Assembly: GCA_043228905.1 (NCBI GenBank)
Contig: JBHGNT010000410.1
Coordinates: forward strand, 1 to 27,689
Direction: 5' to 3'
Source of the DNA: Azolla caroliniana
Lineage: Eukaryota; Plantae; Polypodiophyta
Length of the DNA stretch: 27,689 nt
In this document: positions 25,701 through 27,689 of the stretch, one piece after another
Layout: each line of letters starts with the position of its first letter
Position numbering within the stretch: position 1 is the first letter of the stretch
Notes under the pieces: model-generated
Told to the model about the DNA's origin: nothing
Databases searched by the model: none
The model's input: the letters and a program-made list of their open reading frames with translations, nothing else
Translations under genes and position numbers: made by a program

Positions 25701-27689
25701 AAACTTGAGGAGGGAGTTGAGAGGAGCCCTTGAGTAAATTAAAATGTTCATACCTGGCTCGTGTGATATCGGATTTTTGTGTTCAAACATGCAAATAGAA
25801 GCTAACAACGCTAGCTATGATATGGAATTAAAAAATCAAGATTTTGAAACTCAAGTCGAGAGACATGACGAAATTACCAAATTTGAGGAGTGAGTTGAGA
25901 AGAGCCCTTGAGTAAATTAAAATGTTCATACCTGGCTCGTGTGATATCGGAATTTTGTCTTCAAACATGCAAATCGAAGCTAACAACGCGAGCTATGAGA
26001 TGGAATTAAAAAATCAAGATTTTGAAACTCAGGTCGAGAGACATGACGAAATTACCAAATTTGAGGAGTGAGTTGAGAACAGCCCTTGAGTAAATTAAAA
26101 TGTTCATACCTGGCTCGTGTGATATCGGACATTTGTGTTCAAACATGCAAATCGAAGCTAACAACGCTAGCTATGATATGGAATTAAAAAATCAAGATTT
26201 TGAAACTCAAGTCCAGAGACATGAAGAAAATAGCAAACTTGAGGAGGGAGTTGAGAGGAGCCCTTGAGTTAATTAAAATGTTCATACCTGGCTCGTGTGA
26301 TATCGGATTTTTGTGTTCAAACATGCAAATCGACGCTAACAACGCGAGCTATGATATGGAATTAAAAAATCAAGATTTTGAAACTCAGGTCGAGAGACAT
26401 GACGAAATTACCAAATTTGAGGAGTGAGTTGAGAACAGCCGTTGAGTAAATTAAAATGTTCATACCTGGCTCGTGTAATATCGGATTTTTGTGTTCAAAC
26501 ATGTGAATCGAAGCTAACGACGCGAGCTATGATATGGAATTAAAAAATCAAGAATTTGAAACTCAGGTCGAGAGACATGACGAAATTACCAAATTTGAGG
26601 AGTGAGTTGAGAACAGCCCTTGAGTAAATTAAAATGTTCATACCTGGCTCGTGTGATATCGGACATTTGTGTTCAAACATGCAAATCGAAGCTAACAACG
26701 CTAGCTATGATATGGAATTAAAAAATCAAGATTTTGAAACTCAAGTCCAGAGACATGACGAAAATAGCAAACTTGAGGAGGGAGTTGAGAGGAGCCCTTG
26801 AATAAATTAAAATGTTCATACCTGGCTCGTGTGATATCGGATTTTTGTGTTCAAACATGCAAATCGACGCTAACAACGCGAGCTATGATATGGAATTAAA
26901 AAATCAAGATTTTGAAACTCAGGTCGAGAGACATGACGACATTACCAAATTTGAGGAGTGAGTTGAGAACAGCCGTTGAGTAAATTAAAATGTTCATACC
27001 TGGCTCGTGTAATATCGGATTTTTGTGTTCAAACATGCGAATCGAAGCTAACACTTCTAGCTATGATATGGAATTAAAAAATCAAGATTTTGAAACTCAG
27101 GTCTAGAGACATGATGAAATTACCAAATTTGAGGAGTGAGTTGAGAAGAGCTAGTAGGTAAATTTAAATGTTCATACCTAGCTCGTGTGATATCGGATTT
27201 TTGTGTTCAAACATGCAAATCGAAGCTAACAACGCTAGCTATGATATGGAATTAAAAATTCAAGAATTTGAAACTCAGGTCGAGAGACATGACGAAAATA
27301 GCAAACTTGAGGAGGGAGTTGAGAGGAGCCCTTGAGTAAATTAAAATGTTCATACCTGGCTCGTGTGATATCGGATTTTTGTGTTCAAACATGCAAATCG
27401 AAGCTAACAACGCTAGGTATGATATGGAATTAAAAAATCAAGAATTTGAAACTCAGGTCGAGAGACATGACGAAAATAGCAAACTTGAGGAGGGAGTTGA
27501 GAGGAGCCCTTGAGTAAATTAAAATGTTCATACCTGGCTCGTGTGATATCGGATTTTTGTGTTCAAACATGCAAATAGAAGCTAACAACGCTAGCTATGA
27601 TATGGAATTAAAAAATCAAGATTTTGAAACTCAAGTCGAGAGACATGACGAAATTACCAAATTTGAGGAGTGAGTTGAGAAGAGCCCTT
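22461..27689. repeat. 10-monomer HOR, 1,780-bp period, about 2.9 apparently identical copies continuing past the window end
   Basis: TTAATTAA at 22709, 24489 and 26269; TCTAGA at 23542, 25322 and 27102; identical 75-aa ORFs at 22640, 24420 and 26200. Private markers TTGAATAAA, GACGACATT and CAAATAGAA each recur every 1,780 bp. Confidence 0.96.

Larger units (their letters stand above)
1..27689. repeat. Tandem satellite DNA array, 178-bp monomer, about 155 complete copies, single orientation, running off both window ends
   Basis: Core consensus read from the sequence: ATGTTCATACCTGGCTCGTGTGATATCGGATTTTTGTGTTCAAACATGCAAATCGAAGCTAACAACGCTAGCTATGATATGGAATTAAAAAATCAAGATTTTGAAACTCAGGTCGAGAGACATGACGAAATTACCAAATTTGAGGAGTGAGTTGAGAAGAGCCCTTGAGTAAATTAAA (178 nt). 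Monomer starts include 117, 295, 473, 4194, 4372, 4550, 22718 and 27524. No non-satellite sequence or inversion was seen. Confidence 0.99.
4028..27689. repeat. Homogeneous 'core' subfamily of the 178-bp satellite, organised in HORs
   Basis: Diagnostic motifs AACGCTAG/AACGCGAG, CATGACGAAATTACCAAATTTG or CATGACGAAAATAGCAAACTTG, GCCCTTGAGT and ATGTTCATAC. Distances between monomer starts are exact multiples of 178 (e.g. 16488 to 27524 = 62x178), apart from +3 at each 181-bp junction monomer. Confidence 0.95.

Noticed and set aside
22640-26427. Three identical 75-aa ORFs spaced 1,780 bp apart
   Set aside because: They start at TTG and exist only because one HOR-specific substitution (GAG TAA to GAG TTA) removes a stop. 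They mark the 10-mer period and are not genes.
1-27689. CRISPR array or other repeat-spacer/cassette system
   Set aside because: There are no unique spacers. The whole 178-bp unit is repeated and varies only by point changes, and no cas, integrase or reverse transcriptase gene is present.
1-27689. Arabidopsis CEN178/CEN180 or primate alpha satellite
   Set aside because: Only the length is similar. From memory the sequence does not resemble either consensus. A BLAST search is needed for any family or species assignment.
1-27689. 5S rRNA, tRNA, snRNA or spliced-leader tandem gene array
   Set aside because: I recognised no conserved RNA motifs, Pol III A/B/C boxes or gene-plus-variable-spacer structure. 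An Infernal/Rfam scan would settle this.

Overview
The whole 27,689-bp window is one uninterrupted head-to-tail satellite array with a 178-bp monomer (about 155 complete monomers plus two partial ones; consensus about 36% GC by hand count). It is almost certainly eukaryotic, and the monomer size and higher-order repeat (HOR) organisation resemble centromeric or pericentromeric DNA. I cannot identify the organism or repeat family. I found no credible genes, transposons or CRISPR arrays; the supplied ORFs are by-products of the monomer. The array is layered. An indel-rich 'edge' subfamily (1-~4027, with an 868-bp 5-mer HOR) switches abruptly, at a monomer carrying a templated 16-bp duplication, to a 'core' subfamily with a strict 178-bp register. 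The core contains 12-/9-/13-mer HOR variants, a 3.9-kb block duplicated 9,084 bp away, an 8-mer, and finally a near-identical 1,780-bp 10-mer derived from the 8-mer. The least obvious observation is that each monomer is a degenerate, ungapped palindrome of about 121 bp centred on AGCTA-N7-TAGCT. All counts were made by hand and should be confirmed computationally.
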